Of a stretch of DNA of 64,000 bases, positions 55,789 to 64,000 are shown in pieces. This DNA is from Desulfobacterales bacterium (lineage in GTDB: Bacteria > Desulfobacterota > Desulfobacteria > Desulfobacterales > JAFDDL01). The stretch's first letter is position 1; the number at the start of each line of letters is the position of its first letter. The position numbers and the translations under genes are program-made. Location: contig JBECKW010000112.1 in NCBI GenBank assembly GCA_040235505.1, positions 3,625 to 67,624 of the forward strand, in the 5' to 3' direction. Under the pieces are notes generated by a model. It made no database searches and was not told where the DNA came from. It worked only from the letters and a program-made list of their open reading frames with translations.

Positions 55789-56847
55789 TCACCTGAGTCC
55801 TCTGGCCATCTCAACAAGGTCAAGTGCGTCATTCAGCACGATTCTGCCGGGCAGTCCCTTATTTGCCATCTCGGCGACCCATTCATCCCAGACGCCCTTG
55901 CAGGCCTCTTTCCATTTGTTTCTCTCCGTGTCGGACAGAACGATAAAAGGCGGGTTGCCCACTTTCTGGTCAAATCCGACAATAGCCGCTTTCGCACTGT
56001 TTTCCATGACCATGTGGGCGGCGGCGTAGCGTTGGGTCGCCTGGACGGTGGCGTATTCCATGAATATTTTCTGGATATCATCCGGCAGCCTGTTAAAGGC
56101 GTCTTTGTTCATGGCGACCATAAAAACTTTGGGGAAAATATTGCCCTGGGTACGGAACTGGGTGACATCCTTGACCCCGAAAGCAAGCGAGCCGGCAAAC
56201 GTGAAGAAACAGCCGTCCACCACTCTTTTATCCAGCGCGGCAGCGAGTTCCCCGGTCCCGACATTAACCGGGACCGCCCCAAGGGCCTGAACCGTATGGG
56301 CCTCGATTTTTCCGGAGGAACGGATCTTCATGCCTTTAAAATCAGACAGCACGGCAACCTCTTTCCGCCCCAGGTACTGCATGCTGTGTATGGGCGCCAT
56401 GATCATCAGTTTGACTTCCCGGAATTCGGTGCTCGCGCAGTATTTCACAAGCAGCTGGTGGGCCACGATGCCGGCGGTCTCGCTGTCCGGGTACATGAAG
56501 GGCAGGCTGTTGACAGCGGCCAGTGGGAATCTGCCCGGGTTCTCTTCGGGGTCAATCAGGGCAATGTCACAGAGCCCTGTGGCGACGGCATCGTATGCAT
56601 CCGGGCCCTTCACCAGCGTTCCACCCGGATGCCGTATGATTTTTACTCTGCCGCCCGCAGCGTTTTCAATGTCGTTGGCCCAAGGTTCAAGAATCGCCTT
56701 TGTCAGGGACGCCTGGGGAGGCGCATGATAAGAAAAGGTAAGTTCAATGGGCCTGTCTGCCGCAGATGCTGGACCCGGAGCGGCCGCAACAAACAGGAAC
56801 CCTGTCACCACAATTAACCGGATAATAACGAACAAGTGTTTATTCAT
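55789..56847 (-). CDS. dctP: TRAP transporter substrate-binding protein (DctP family)
   Basis: 352 aa. Signal peptide. DctP-like strings (ELTFSYHAPPQ, KIRSSGK.., NKDAFNRLPDDIQ). Confidence 0.9.
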   Translation of the reverse strand: MNKHLFVIIRLIVVTGFLFVAAAPGPASAADRPIELTFSYHAPPQASLTKAILEPWANDIENAAGGRVKIIRHPGGTLVKGPDAYDAVATGLCDIALIDPEENPGRFPLAAVNSLPFMYPDSETAGIVAHQLLVKYCASTEFREVKLMIMAPIHSMQYLGRKEVAVLSDFKGMKIRSSGKIEAHTVQALGAVPVNVGTGELAAALDKRVVDGCFFTFAGSLAFGVKDVTQFRTQGNIFPKVFMVAMNKDAFNRLPDDIQKIFMEYATVQATQRYAAAHMVMENSAKAAIVGFDQKVGNPPFIVLSDTERNKWKEACKGVWDEWVAEMANKGLPGRIVLNDALDLVEMARGLR

Positions 56848-57253
56848 ATTGCCTCCGGATGATGAGTAGGGGGACAGTCGTGGAGGATTCCGACTGGAAG
56901 GCTTTCACATGACCGCCCCCTTTCAGATACTTGTATTCTCGATATGTAAAGAGGTTATTTAGCCATGGAGGTTTTTTGTAATTAAAGTGTAAATTAGTCA
57001 CGCCGCGACAGCATCTATTCGTAAAAGTGGTGATGAGACGATGGGTCGGCCGGTTTTTATCCCTGCCTCCGGGACAAGAGGGTGGGCTGGAGAAGTTTGT
57101 GGCAAGGTATGCAAAAAAATAGTGTCGCGCGGAATGGGATTTTACGCAGCAAAATGTGTCTTTTGTAATTTACTTGGGTTTACTCTGTTTTATACGGATT
57201 TCTATTTTTGTTGTTGGGCATAGTGTTGGGTATGAGATTTATTACCAAAGATA

Positions 57254-57283
57254 AAGGGGTTAAGATTTTCATCATAACCCCTT
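57254..57283 (-). terminator. Hairpin terminator downstream of tRNA-fMet
   Basis: AAGGGGTTA-12 nt-TAACCCCTT. The minus strand is followed by a weakly U-rich tract (TATCTTTGG). Confidence 0.4.
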
Positions 57284-57292
57284 GATTTTATT

Positions 57293-57369
<77 letters not shown>

Positions 57370-57419
57370 TCAGGTAAGGGAGGTTCTAAATGAAAAGCGG
57401 GCGCCTGTCAAGGGGGTTT

Positions 57420-57716
57420 TTATTTCATGGCTTTTTCGAGGGCGGTTTTGATATCCCCGAGACCGCCACCGCGAACCAGCACCTGTTTCTGGCGGGACGA
57501 CTGCCCGGAGACGATTTCGAGGGTCGATTTGGAAGTGCCGAGGCACTTGGCAAGAAAGGCGACGCACATCTTGTTGGCGGCCCCCTCCACCGGGGGGGCT
57601 GTCAGCCGAACCTTCAGACTGTCGCCCTGGAGGCCGGTGATTTCATTTTTTGACGCCCGGGGTTGAATCAGCAGGGAAATCAGGACGCCTTCGGATGTTT
57701 CCCGAATCCAGGCCAT
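57420..57716 (-). CDS. DUF167 (YggU) family protein
   Basis: 98 aa. ...LIQPRASKNEITGLQGDSLKVRLTAPPVEGAANK... is a typical YggU string. Confidence 0.85.
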   Translation of the reverse strand: MAWIRETSEGVLISLLIQPRASKNEITGLQGDSLKVRLTAPPVEGAANKMCVAFLAKCLGTSKSTLEIVSGQSSRQKQVLVRGGGLGDIKTALEKAMK

Positions 57717-57720
57717 GGCA

Positions 57721-58143
57721 TCAGGAATCCGTCCGGGATGCTTTTTTTAGCGGTCCCGTGATGAAGGCAGGCGGCCGTATCACCCGTCCGTCCTTTCCCA
57801 GGCAGGCATGCAGGGTGTGTCCCTTGGCAGCGATGCGCATATCTTCCTTCCGGTAGATCACGTAGTCTATTTTGAGACCGCTTCGCACCGAGGGATCCAG
57901 GGTAGTTTCGATAATGATCTCGTCATCGTAGCACACGGAGGAAATATATTTGCAGTTCGCCTCGGACACCGGCAGCATCACCCCCTGCCGTTCGATTTCC
58001 GTGTAGGGAAGCCCCACGGACCGCAACAGTTCGTTCCGACCGATTTCAAACCATCTGAGATAATTGGCGTAATAGGCCACCCCCATCAGGTCCGTGTCAC
58101 CGTATATAACGCGGTAGGTGGTTTGGTTGGATACTGGTTTCAT
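57721..58143 (-). CDS. YbgC-like acyl-CoA thioesterase (hotdog fold)
   Basis: 140 aa. YRVIYGDTDLMGVAYYANYLRWFEIGRNELLRSVG. Confidence 0.85.
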   Translation of the reverse strand: MKPVSNQTTYRVIYGDTDLMGVAYYANYLRWFEIGRNELLRSVGLPYTEIERQGVMLPVSEANCKYISSVCYDDEIIIETTLDPSVRSGLKIDYVIYRKEDMRIAAKGHTLHACLGKDGRVIRPPAFITGPLKKASRTDS

Positions 58144-58751
58144 ATTGATGATTTCAAGAGAGTGTCCAATACTTCCCTGAGCTGGTTGTAATCCTGCGTC
58201 ACGGGAAATTCCGGATATTCCTCGATGACGTTCGAAGGCGGACGAAATAAAATGCCGTGGGCCGCCGTCTTGAGCATGGTGATATCATTATAGGAATCGC
58301 CCATGGCAATCACCTCGTAATTCAGGGATGAAAACGCTTCCACCACCTTTCGCTTCCCGTCTTTCTGCCGCAGCCGGTAGTCGGCGACATGATCGACATC
58401 GTCGATAATCAGAGTGTTGCACAGCAGGGTGGGCCACCCGAGTTTTTCCATCAGGGGGGCTGCAAATTGGGTGAAGGTGTCTGAAACAATAACCACCTGG
58501 GTGCGCTGCCGCATCCAGTTCATGAACTCAGGCGCCCCGGGCAGAGGGTCCATGGTGGCGATGACATCCTGAATGTCCTTCAACTTCAGGTTGTGGGTCT
58601 CCAGGATGCCAAGCCGCTGTTTCATCAGCAGGTCGTAATCGGAGATATCCCGGGTGGTGACCCGAAGCTCTTCGATACCGGTTTTTTCCGCTACGTTGAT
58701 CCATATTTCCGGAACAAATACCCCTTCCAGATCCGAACAAATCAGTTGCAT
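58140..58751 (-). CDS. thrH: ThrH-type phosphoserine phosphatase / homoserine phosphotransferase (HAD family)
   Basis: 203 aa. MQLICSDLEGVFVPEIWINVAEKTGIEELRVTTRDISDYD resembles Pseudomonas ThrH. HAD DxE/D nucleophile motif. 4-nt overlap with the downstream thioesterase gene. Confidence 0.8.
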   Translation of the reverse strand: MQLICSDLEGVFVPEIWINVAEKTGIEELRVTTRDISDYDLLMKQRLGILETHNLKLKDIQDVIATMDPLPGAPEFMNWMRQRTQVVIVSDTFTQFAAPLMEKLGWPTLLCNTLIIDDVDHVADYRLRQKDGKRKVVEAFSSLNYEVIAMGDSYNDITMLKTAAHGILFRPPSNVIEEYPEFPVTQDYNQLREVLDTLLKSSI

Positions 58752-58776
58752 TATTATCTCTTTCTTTGTTTTTTCT

Positions 58777-58839
58777 ATCAGCTATGAGCCATCAGCTTCT
58801 CACGGCCTCTGACTTCTGACCCCTGATCTCCGGCCTCTA
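58777..58839. repeat. Unpaired degenerate heptad array between hom and thrH
   Basis: ATCAGCT ATGAGCC ATCAGCT TCTCACG GCCTCTG ACTTCTG ACCCCTG ATCTCCG GCCTCTA. Confidence 0.6.
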
Positions 58840-60153
58840 TTATTCCCCATCCTCATCCTCAATCCGGATAACCATGGGGCGGTCGCCCACGACATCGAGC
58901 CGGGATATTTCAGCCATGGCTTTTTTGACATCCGCCTCCTTGGCCCGGTGGGTGAACATGACGATGGGAACCGGCCCCTCGGTCTCACGTCCTTCCTGGT
59001 GCACGGACTTCAGGCTGATGCCGTAACGGCCGAGAATACCGGCGATTTTGGAGAGCACGCCGGGCTGATCCTGGGCCGAGAACCTGAAATAGTACTGGGT
59101 TTCGATCTCGTCAATGGGAAGCACTGGAATCGTCCGGATATGTTCCGGCTGGTAGGAAAGCATGGGAACCCTGCCCGAAACCCCGCAGAGAATGTTTCGG
59201 GCAATATCGACGATATCGCTCACAACGGCACTTGCCGTGGGCAGCATGCCGGCGCCGTGGCCGTTTAAGATCATCTCTCCCACCGCATCACCGGTGATCA
59301 TGAGTGCGTTCAGGCTGCCGCCGACATTGCTCATGAGGTTTCCCACCGGAATCATGGTGGGGTGCACACGGGATTCCACGGCCGTCCCCTTGTTTTTGGC
59401 AATGGCAAGGAGCTTGATCCGGTAACCGAACTGGCCGGCAAATTGAATGTCCAGGGGGGTGATTCTGGAAATCCCCTCGACATAGAAATCATCCAGATTA
59501 ATGGTCATGCCAGAGGCCAACGCCGTCATGATGGCAAGCTTGTGGGCCGTATCCCCCCCCTCGATATCCAGGGTCGGATCTGCTTCGGCATAGCCTTTCG
59601 CCTGGGCCTCGGCCAGGGCATCCTCGAAGGTGCTGCCGTCCGCGGTTATTTTGGTAAGGATATAGTTGCAGGTGCCGTTCAGAATGCCGATCATGGACTC
59701 GATACGGTTTCCCACCAGGGACTCGCGAAAACTCTTGATGATGGGCATGCAGCCCCCGCAGCTTGCCTCGTAGGCCAGGTCCACGCCCTTTGCCCCGGCG
59801 GCCTTCACAATGGCATTGCCTTCCCGGGCCAGAAGCGCCTTGTTGGCGGTCACCACATGCTTTCCGTTTTCGATGGCCCGGAAAATGAATTTTTTGGCGA
59901 TCCCTTCCCCTCCGATCATTTCCAGAATGATATCGATATCGGGGTCCGTGAGCACGCTTTCGGCATCGGTGGTCAAAACGCCCGGATCCAAACGAACGCC
60001 CCGGTCGGTTTCAATGTCGATATCGGCAACCCGCTTCAATACCAGTTCCGCGCCGACCCGTTGCTGAATAAGCTCCTTTTTCTCAAGAAGAATTTTGGCA
60101 ACCCCCGTGCCCACCGTTCCGAACCCGAGAAGCCCGATATTGACCTTACGCAT
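58840..60153 (-). CDS. hom: Homoserine dehydrogenase
   Basis: 437 aa. N-terminal GLLGFGTVGTG Rossmann motif, catalytic domain, and C-terminal ACT domain. Confidence 0.95.
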   Translation of the reverse strand: MRKVNIGLLGFGTVGTGVAKILLEKKELIQQRVGAELVLKRVADIDIETDRGVRLDPGVLTTDAESVLTDPDIDIILEMIGGEGIAKKFIFRAIENGKHVVTANKALLAREGNAIVKAAGAKGVDLAYEASCGGCMPIIKSFRESLVGNRIESMIGILNGTCNYILTKITADGSTFEDALAEAQAKGYAEADPTLDIEGGDTAHKLAIMTALASGMTINLDDFYVEGISRITPLDIQFAGQFGYRIKLLAIAKNKGTAVESRVHPTMIPVGNLMSNVGGSLNALMITGDAVGEMILNGHGAGMLPTASAVVSDIVDIARNILCGVSGRVPMLSYQPEHIRTIPVLPIDEIETQYYFRFSAQDQPGVLSKIAGILGRYGISLKSVHQEGRETEGPVPIVMFTHRAKEADVKKAMAEISRLDVVGDRPMVIRIEDEDGE

Positions 60154-60168
60154 TTCCTGAAACTCCTT

Positions 60169-61335
60169 TTACATAATCTTTCGTATCCCGCGGATCGCCT
60201 GATTGATACGCATGGGATTTTCAATCAAGGCAAAACGGACATAATCATCGCCGTATTCGCCGAATCCCAGGCCGGGGGATACCGCCACCTGGGATTCGTT
60301 TATCAGCATTTTCGAAAACTCAACGGACTTCATGTGGGAGAATTTTTCGGGAATCTTCGCCCAGACGAACATGGTGCCCTTGGGGCTTTCCACCGGCCAC
60401 CCGATTCTGTTCAGTCCTGAAATCAGCGCATCCCTGCGTTCCTTGTAAGTAAGCCGGATCTCTTCCACCGGTTCCTGGGGCCCGTTCAGGGCAATGATGG
60501 AGGCGATCTGGATCGGCTGAAATATACCGTAATCCAGGTAGCTCTTGATCCGCTTCAGGGCGGCCACGGTTTCGCGGTTTCCGACGCAGAAACCCACCCG
60601 CCAACCGGCCATATTGTAGCTCTTGGATAGTGAAAAAAATTCGACCCCAACGTCTTTCGCCCCTTTGGCCTGAAGGAAACTGGGGGCCTTGTAACCGTCA
60701 TACGTCAGGTCGGCATAGGCGAAGTCATGAATCACCAGGATGTTGTGTTCCTTGGCAAACGCGACGATTTTTTCAAAAAATGCCAAATCCACCACCTCGG
60801 TGGTGGGATTGTGGGGATAGCTGATAATCAGCAATTTCGGTTTCGGCCACATCTGACGTGTTGCCTGGACCAGGTTGTCGAAAAAATCCTGGTCCGGTCC
60901 GACCGGAATGCCCCGGACATCCCCGCCGGCGATAATGGCGGAATAGGGATGAATCGGGTAAGTGGGGGTGGGGGTAAACACCACATCCCCCGGGCGGATG
61001 GTGACCAGCACCAAATGGCTCATTCCCTCTTTTACACCGATGGTGACGATGGCCTCGCTTTCATAATCGATATCCACGTCATATCTGCGTTTGTACCAGT
61101 CCGCAATGGCCATTCGGAGTTTTTTAATCCCCATGGAGGCAGAGTAGCGGTGATTATGGGATTTCTTTGCGGCCTCCACCAGTTTGTCCACGACATGATC
61201 CGGGGTTCCCATATCCGGGTTGCCCATTCCCATGTCAATAATATCGATGCCCGAATGCCTGGCTTCCATTTTGAGTTCCGAGACCGTGGCGAATACATAG
61301 GGCGGAAGCCGGTCCAATCTTGCGAAGTTCTTCAT
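60169..61335 (-). CDS. Class I/II PLP-dependent aminotransferase (aspartate/alanine aminotransferase-like)
   Basis: 388 aa. ...NPDMGTP..., SYPHNPT, and [15 protein letters not shown] (Schiff-base Lys) motifs. Confidence 0.9.
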   Translation of the reverse strand: MKNFARLDRLPPYVFATVSELKMEARHSGIDIIDMGMGNPDMGTPDHVVDKLVEAAKKSHNHRYSASMGIKKLRMAIADWYKRRYDVDIDYESEAIVTIGVKEGMSHLVLVTIRPGDVVFTPTPTYPIHPYSAIIAGGDVRGIPVGPDQDFFDNLVQATRQMWPKPKLLIISYPHNPTTEVVDLAFFEKIVAFAKEHNILVIHDFAYADLTYDGYKAPSFLQAKGAKDVGVEFFSLSKSYNMAGWRVGFCVGNRETVAALKRIKSYLDYGIFQPIQIASIIALNGPQEPVEEIRLTYKERRDALISGLNRIGWPVESPKGTMFVWAKIPEKFSHMKSVEFSKMLINESQVAVSPGLGFGEYGDDYVRFALIENPMRINQAIRGIRKIM

Positions 61336-61349
61336 TGTGCACCCTTGTT

Positions 61350-61450
61350 GGTGAGGTTGAAGGCTGAAGGCCGAAGACTGAGAGAAAATAACGAATAAAA
61401 GCAGATCTTGCTATACCTTCAGTCTTCAGCCTTGAGTCTTCAGCCTTGTG
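61350..61450. repeat. Heptad-armed hairpin element (GAAGGCT/GAAGACT words)
   Basis: Left GGTGAGG TTGAAGG CTGAAGG CCGAAGA CTGAGAG. Right CCTTCAG TCTTCAG CCTTGAG TCTTCAG CCTTGTG. About 31-nt A-rich spacer. Confidence 0.75.
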
Positions 61451-61511
61451 TAGTTATTCTAAAAGTCTTTTTAATTACAATACCTAAGCGATAATGTCAA
61501 AAAAAATTGTT

Positions 61512-61540
61512 TTGACTTTTGGGTGAAAGCGGTCTAATTT
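61512..61540 (+). promoter_or_regulatory. Candidate sigma70 promoter for purM
   Basis: TTGACT (61512-61517), 17 nt, TAATTT (61535-61540), about 45 nt upstream of the purM start. Confidence 0.35.
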
Positions 61541-61585
61541 CTTCTGATTGTTATGGAATGATTAGACGTTATGGAGGAACTGAGC

Positions 61586-62629
61586 ATGCCGCAACACATC
61601 ACATACGCCGATGCCGGCGTTGATGTTGATAAAGCCAATAAATTCGTTGATACCATCAAGTCGATCGCAGGAGAAACCACCCGTTCGGGGGTCATGAGCG
61701 AAATCGGAGGATTCGGGGGGATGTTTGCCCTCAATGCCGCCAACTATTCGAACCCGGTACTGGTCAGTTCCACCGATGGTGTGGGCACCAAGCTGAAAAT
61801 CGCTTTCATGATGAACCGGCACGACACCGTCGGTATCGATCTGGTGGCCATGTGCGTAAACGACATTGCCGTACAAGGTGCCAAGCCCCTCTTCTTTCTC
61901 GACTACCTGTCCATGGGGAAACTCGATACCAATGTGGCGGCTGAAATCATTAAAGGCATCGCAGAGGGCTGTAAGATTGCCAAGTGCGCACTTATCGGCG
62001 GCGAAACAGCCGAGATGCCGGGGATGTATACCACCAATGAATACGATCTTGCCGGGTTTACCGTGGGCGTGGTGGATAACGATCGGATTATCGACGGATC
62101 GGACATTCACATGGGCAACCGCCTGATCGGTATCTCCTCCAGCGGTCTTCACAGCAACGGTTACTCCCTGGCCCGGAAGGTCTGCTTTGACATTCTGAAA
62201 ATGGATTTCGATACCCATGTTCCCGAACTGGGAAAAACACTTGGAGAAGAGCTCCTGACACCTACTAAAATTTATGCCGAGACGATCCAGAGCGTTATTC
62301 GTGATCTTCCGGTAAAAGGCATGGCCCATATCACCGGCGGAGGCATTCCGGATAATATTATTCGCATCATCCCCAACGCCTGCCAGGTTCAAATCCAAAA
62401 GGGCAGTTGGGAGACGCCGCCGATCTTCACATTTCTGAAAGAAGGCGGAAACATTGCCGAAAACGAGATGATGAGGACCTTCAACAACGGTATCGGATTG
62501 ATCATGGTCGTGCCGGAAGACTCGGTCCAGGAAGTACTTGAACGCCTGAATGCCATGAACGAAAAAGCTTTTGCCATCGGCGAAATAGCCGAAAGAAAAG
62601 AATCCGAAGAAAAACTAAAATGGGTGTAA
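61586..62629 (+). CDS. purM: Phosphoribosylformylglycinamidine cyclo-ligase (AIR synthase)
   Basis: MPQHITYADAGVDVDKAN...GGFGGMF...STDGVGTK. Start at the ATG after GGAGGAA (track ORF begins 5 codons earlier). Confidence 0.95.
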   Translation: MPQHITYADAGVDVDKANKFVDTIKSIAGETTRSGVMSEIGGFGGMFALNAANYSNPVLVSSTDGVGTKLKIAFMMNRHDTVGIDLVAMCVNDIAVQGAKPLFFLDYLSMGKLDTNVAAEIIKGIAEGCKIAKCALIGGETAEMPGMYTTNEYDLAGFTVGVVDNDRIIDGSDIHMGNRLIGISSSGLHSNGYSLARKVCFDILKMDFDTHVPELGKTLGEELLTPTKIYAETIQSVIRDLPVKGMAHITGGGIPDNIIRIIPNACQVQIQKGSWETPPIFTFLKEGGNIAENEMMRTFNNGIGLIMVVPEDSVQEVLERLNAMNEKAFAIGEIAERKESEEKLKWV

Positions 62630-62703
62630 GCCCCCTCCCGTAACTTAACCTGCCTGTGGACGTTCTTTAATAGGATTTTCGGACACGGTTACGGAACAAT
62701 AAA

Positions 62704-64000
62704 ATGTACTTTCTACTACCATCTTTTGCCTTTCTGTTGTGTATCGCCCTGACGCCTCTGGTCCGGTGCCTGGCATCCAAAAAGGGGTGGGTCGCCCATC
62801 CCACGAAAGACCGCTGGCACCAAAAACCCACGGCCCTCATGGGCGGGATTGCAATTTATATCGCCATCGCCCTGCCGCTTTTTATCAAGGCGGATTTCGC
62901 CCCCATGGCAGGTATCCTGACGGGAGCCCCAAAAACAATCTCAAATATGTCCTTTACCGCCGTCCTATTGATAGGGGTTACGGTAATTTTTCTACTGGGT
63001 CTGCTGGATGATTTTATCAACATCAAGCCCCACACAAAACTGGTGGGCCAGATCCTGGTGGCCTCCTTTACGACGTTTCTCGGATTCCGGCTCCATTGGC
63101 TCTCTTCCATGACGCTCGATACCTTGCTGAGTATCGTCTGGATCGTGGGCATCACCAACGCTTTCAATCTCATCGACAATATGGACGGCCTGTGTTCCGG
63201 CATCGGACTTATTGCCGCCGCATTTCTAGCGGTAATTTTCTGCGGGTTTTCTTCCAGTGCTTGCCAGACGACACTGATTGTCGCCGCCCCCCTGGCCGCC
63301 TTTTTATTCTATAATTTCTCTCCCGCATCCATTTTCATGGGGGACAGCGGCAGTCTGATCATCGGTTACAGTATTTCGGTGCTGGCCCTGTATTTCGCCC
63401 AGATGCATGCGATCACGCCGATGGCGGCATATTCGGTCCCGGTACTTGCACTCATGGTCCCCATCCTGGACACCACCCTGGTAACCCTGATTCGGATCCT
63501 GAGCGGCCGGAAGGCATCCATGGGCGGCAAGGATCATACTTCCCACCGGTTGGTACTCATGGGGCTTTCGGAACGCGGCGCCGTGATGTTCCTGTATCTT
63601 ACGGGGATCACCTCGGGGTTTGCAGCGCTGTTTGTCAGCAGAAGCGACAGTATGACGTCACCTGCGGTCATCATCCCGGTGATACTGGCATTCCTTCTCA
63701 TGGGGATTTATCTGGCCCAGCTTCGGGTCTATCCGGAAAAAGAATTTTCTCTTCTCCGGGATCACTCCTATACCCCCGTCCTGATGGAACTGACTCATAA
63801 AAAGCAAATTCTTCTGGTGATATTGGACTTTGCATTGGTGGCGTTTTCCTACTATCTTGCTTACCGGCTCCGATTTAATGAATCCGAGTTCGTGAAGTTT
63901 TTTACCCCCTTCCTGCAATCTCTTCCCGCGATTATCGCCTGCAAGATGCTGATCTTTTTCATCCTCGGCGTTTACAGGGGTATCTGGGGATGCATGAGCA
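62704..64000 (+). CDS. MraY/WecA-family (GT4) polyprenyl-phosphate sugar-phosphate transferase, apparently fused to a CapD/PglF-like N-terminal membrane domain (runs off the right edge)
   Basis: Not in the track (no stop in window). My translation MYFLLPSFAFLLCIALTPLV... contains LLGLLDDF, NAFNLIDNMDGL, FMGDSGSL and HTSHRL. The last ~80 aa (KKQILLVILDFALVAFSYYLAYRLRF...) look like the start of a CapD-type polysaccharide biosynthesis protein. Confidence 0.8.
   Translation, partial: MYFLLPSFAFLLCIALTPLVRCLASKKGWVAHPTKDRWHQKPTALMGGIAIYIAIALPLFIKADFAPMAGILTGAPKTISNMSFTAVLLIGVTVIFLLGLLDDFINIKPHTKLVGQILVASFTTFLGFRLHWLSSMTLDTLLSIVWIVGITNAFNLIDNMDGLCSGIGLIAAAFLAVIFCGFSSSACQTTLIVAAPLAAFLFYNFSPASIFMGDSGSLIIGYSISVLALYFAQMHAITPMAAYSVPVLALMVPILDTTLVTLIRILSGRKASMGGKDHTSHRLVLMGLSERGAVMFLYLTGITSGFAALFVSRSDSMTSPAVIIPVILAFLLMGIYLAQLRVYPEKEFSLLRDHSYTPVLMELTHKKQILLVILDFALVAFSYYLAYRLRFNESEFVKFFTPFLQSLPAIIACKMLIFFILGVYRGIWGCMS

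Noticed and set aside
55612-56817. 401-aa plus-strand ORF opposite dctP/dctQ
   Set aside because: It is an antisense shadow of the TRAP genes.

Overview
GC-rich chromosomal segment (high-50s % GC by eye, not computed). Its gene content is typical of a sulfate-reducing deltaproteobacterium (Desulfobacterales-like). About 57 protein genes and one tRNA are supported; no rRNA, CRISPR array, transposase or integrase was seen.

Main blocks, left to right:
- Truncated B12/radical-SAM gene, S8 protease lipoprotein, and a UPF0182 gene translationally coupled to a cytochrome b561 gene.
- Metal-stress cluster: CopA with 2 TRASH + 2 HMA domains, a His-rich mini membrane protein, a cytochrome c with a His tail, an RseC-like protein, and a ZraP/CpxP-like protein with a candidate sigma54 promoter.
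- Exported proteins of unknown role: a 711-aa Gly/Pro-rich beta-helix-like protein and a DUF1566-N/EF-hand mini-protein.
- Three export-signal redox/hydrolase genes: a Tat flavodoxin-ferredoxin fusion, a Sec MBL-fold hydrolase, and a Tat OYE/2,4-dienoyl-CoA-reductase-like enzyme. They lie about 2 kb upstream of a complete rrf2-hmcABCDEF locus (16-haem HmcA; 43-aa HmcD missed by the ORF track).
- putA-rocD-(COG2403-like P-loop)-arcC, joined by overlapping stop/start codons.
- Outer-membrane protein, thioesterase, and a radical SAM protein with a CX4CX2C motif.
- A decayed ECF sigma gene followed by membrane-protein and small hypothetical genes, then an AT-rich island with small ORFs.
- MscS-family channel, then hypA-hypB and hypC-hypF-hypD-hypE with no hydrogenase structural genes in the window.
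- TRAP transporter dctPQM, initiator tRNA-Met, and a DUF167-thioesterase-thrH-hom-aminotransferase operon.
- purM, and a WecA-like GT4 gene that appears fused to a CapD-like N-terminal domain at the right edge.

Two signals stand out:
1. The periplasm-directed flavoenzyme module beside hmc.
2. A family of intergenic elements built from degenerate 7-nt tandem 'words' arranged as long inverted repeats. There are at least seven paired copies, including a perfect 33-bp inverted repeat and two homologous copies about 16 kb apart. Several distort ORF ends.

All functional calls rest on motif recognition by eye. No database search was run.
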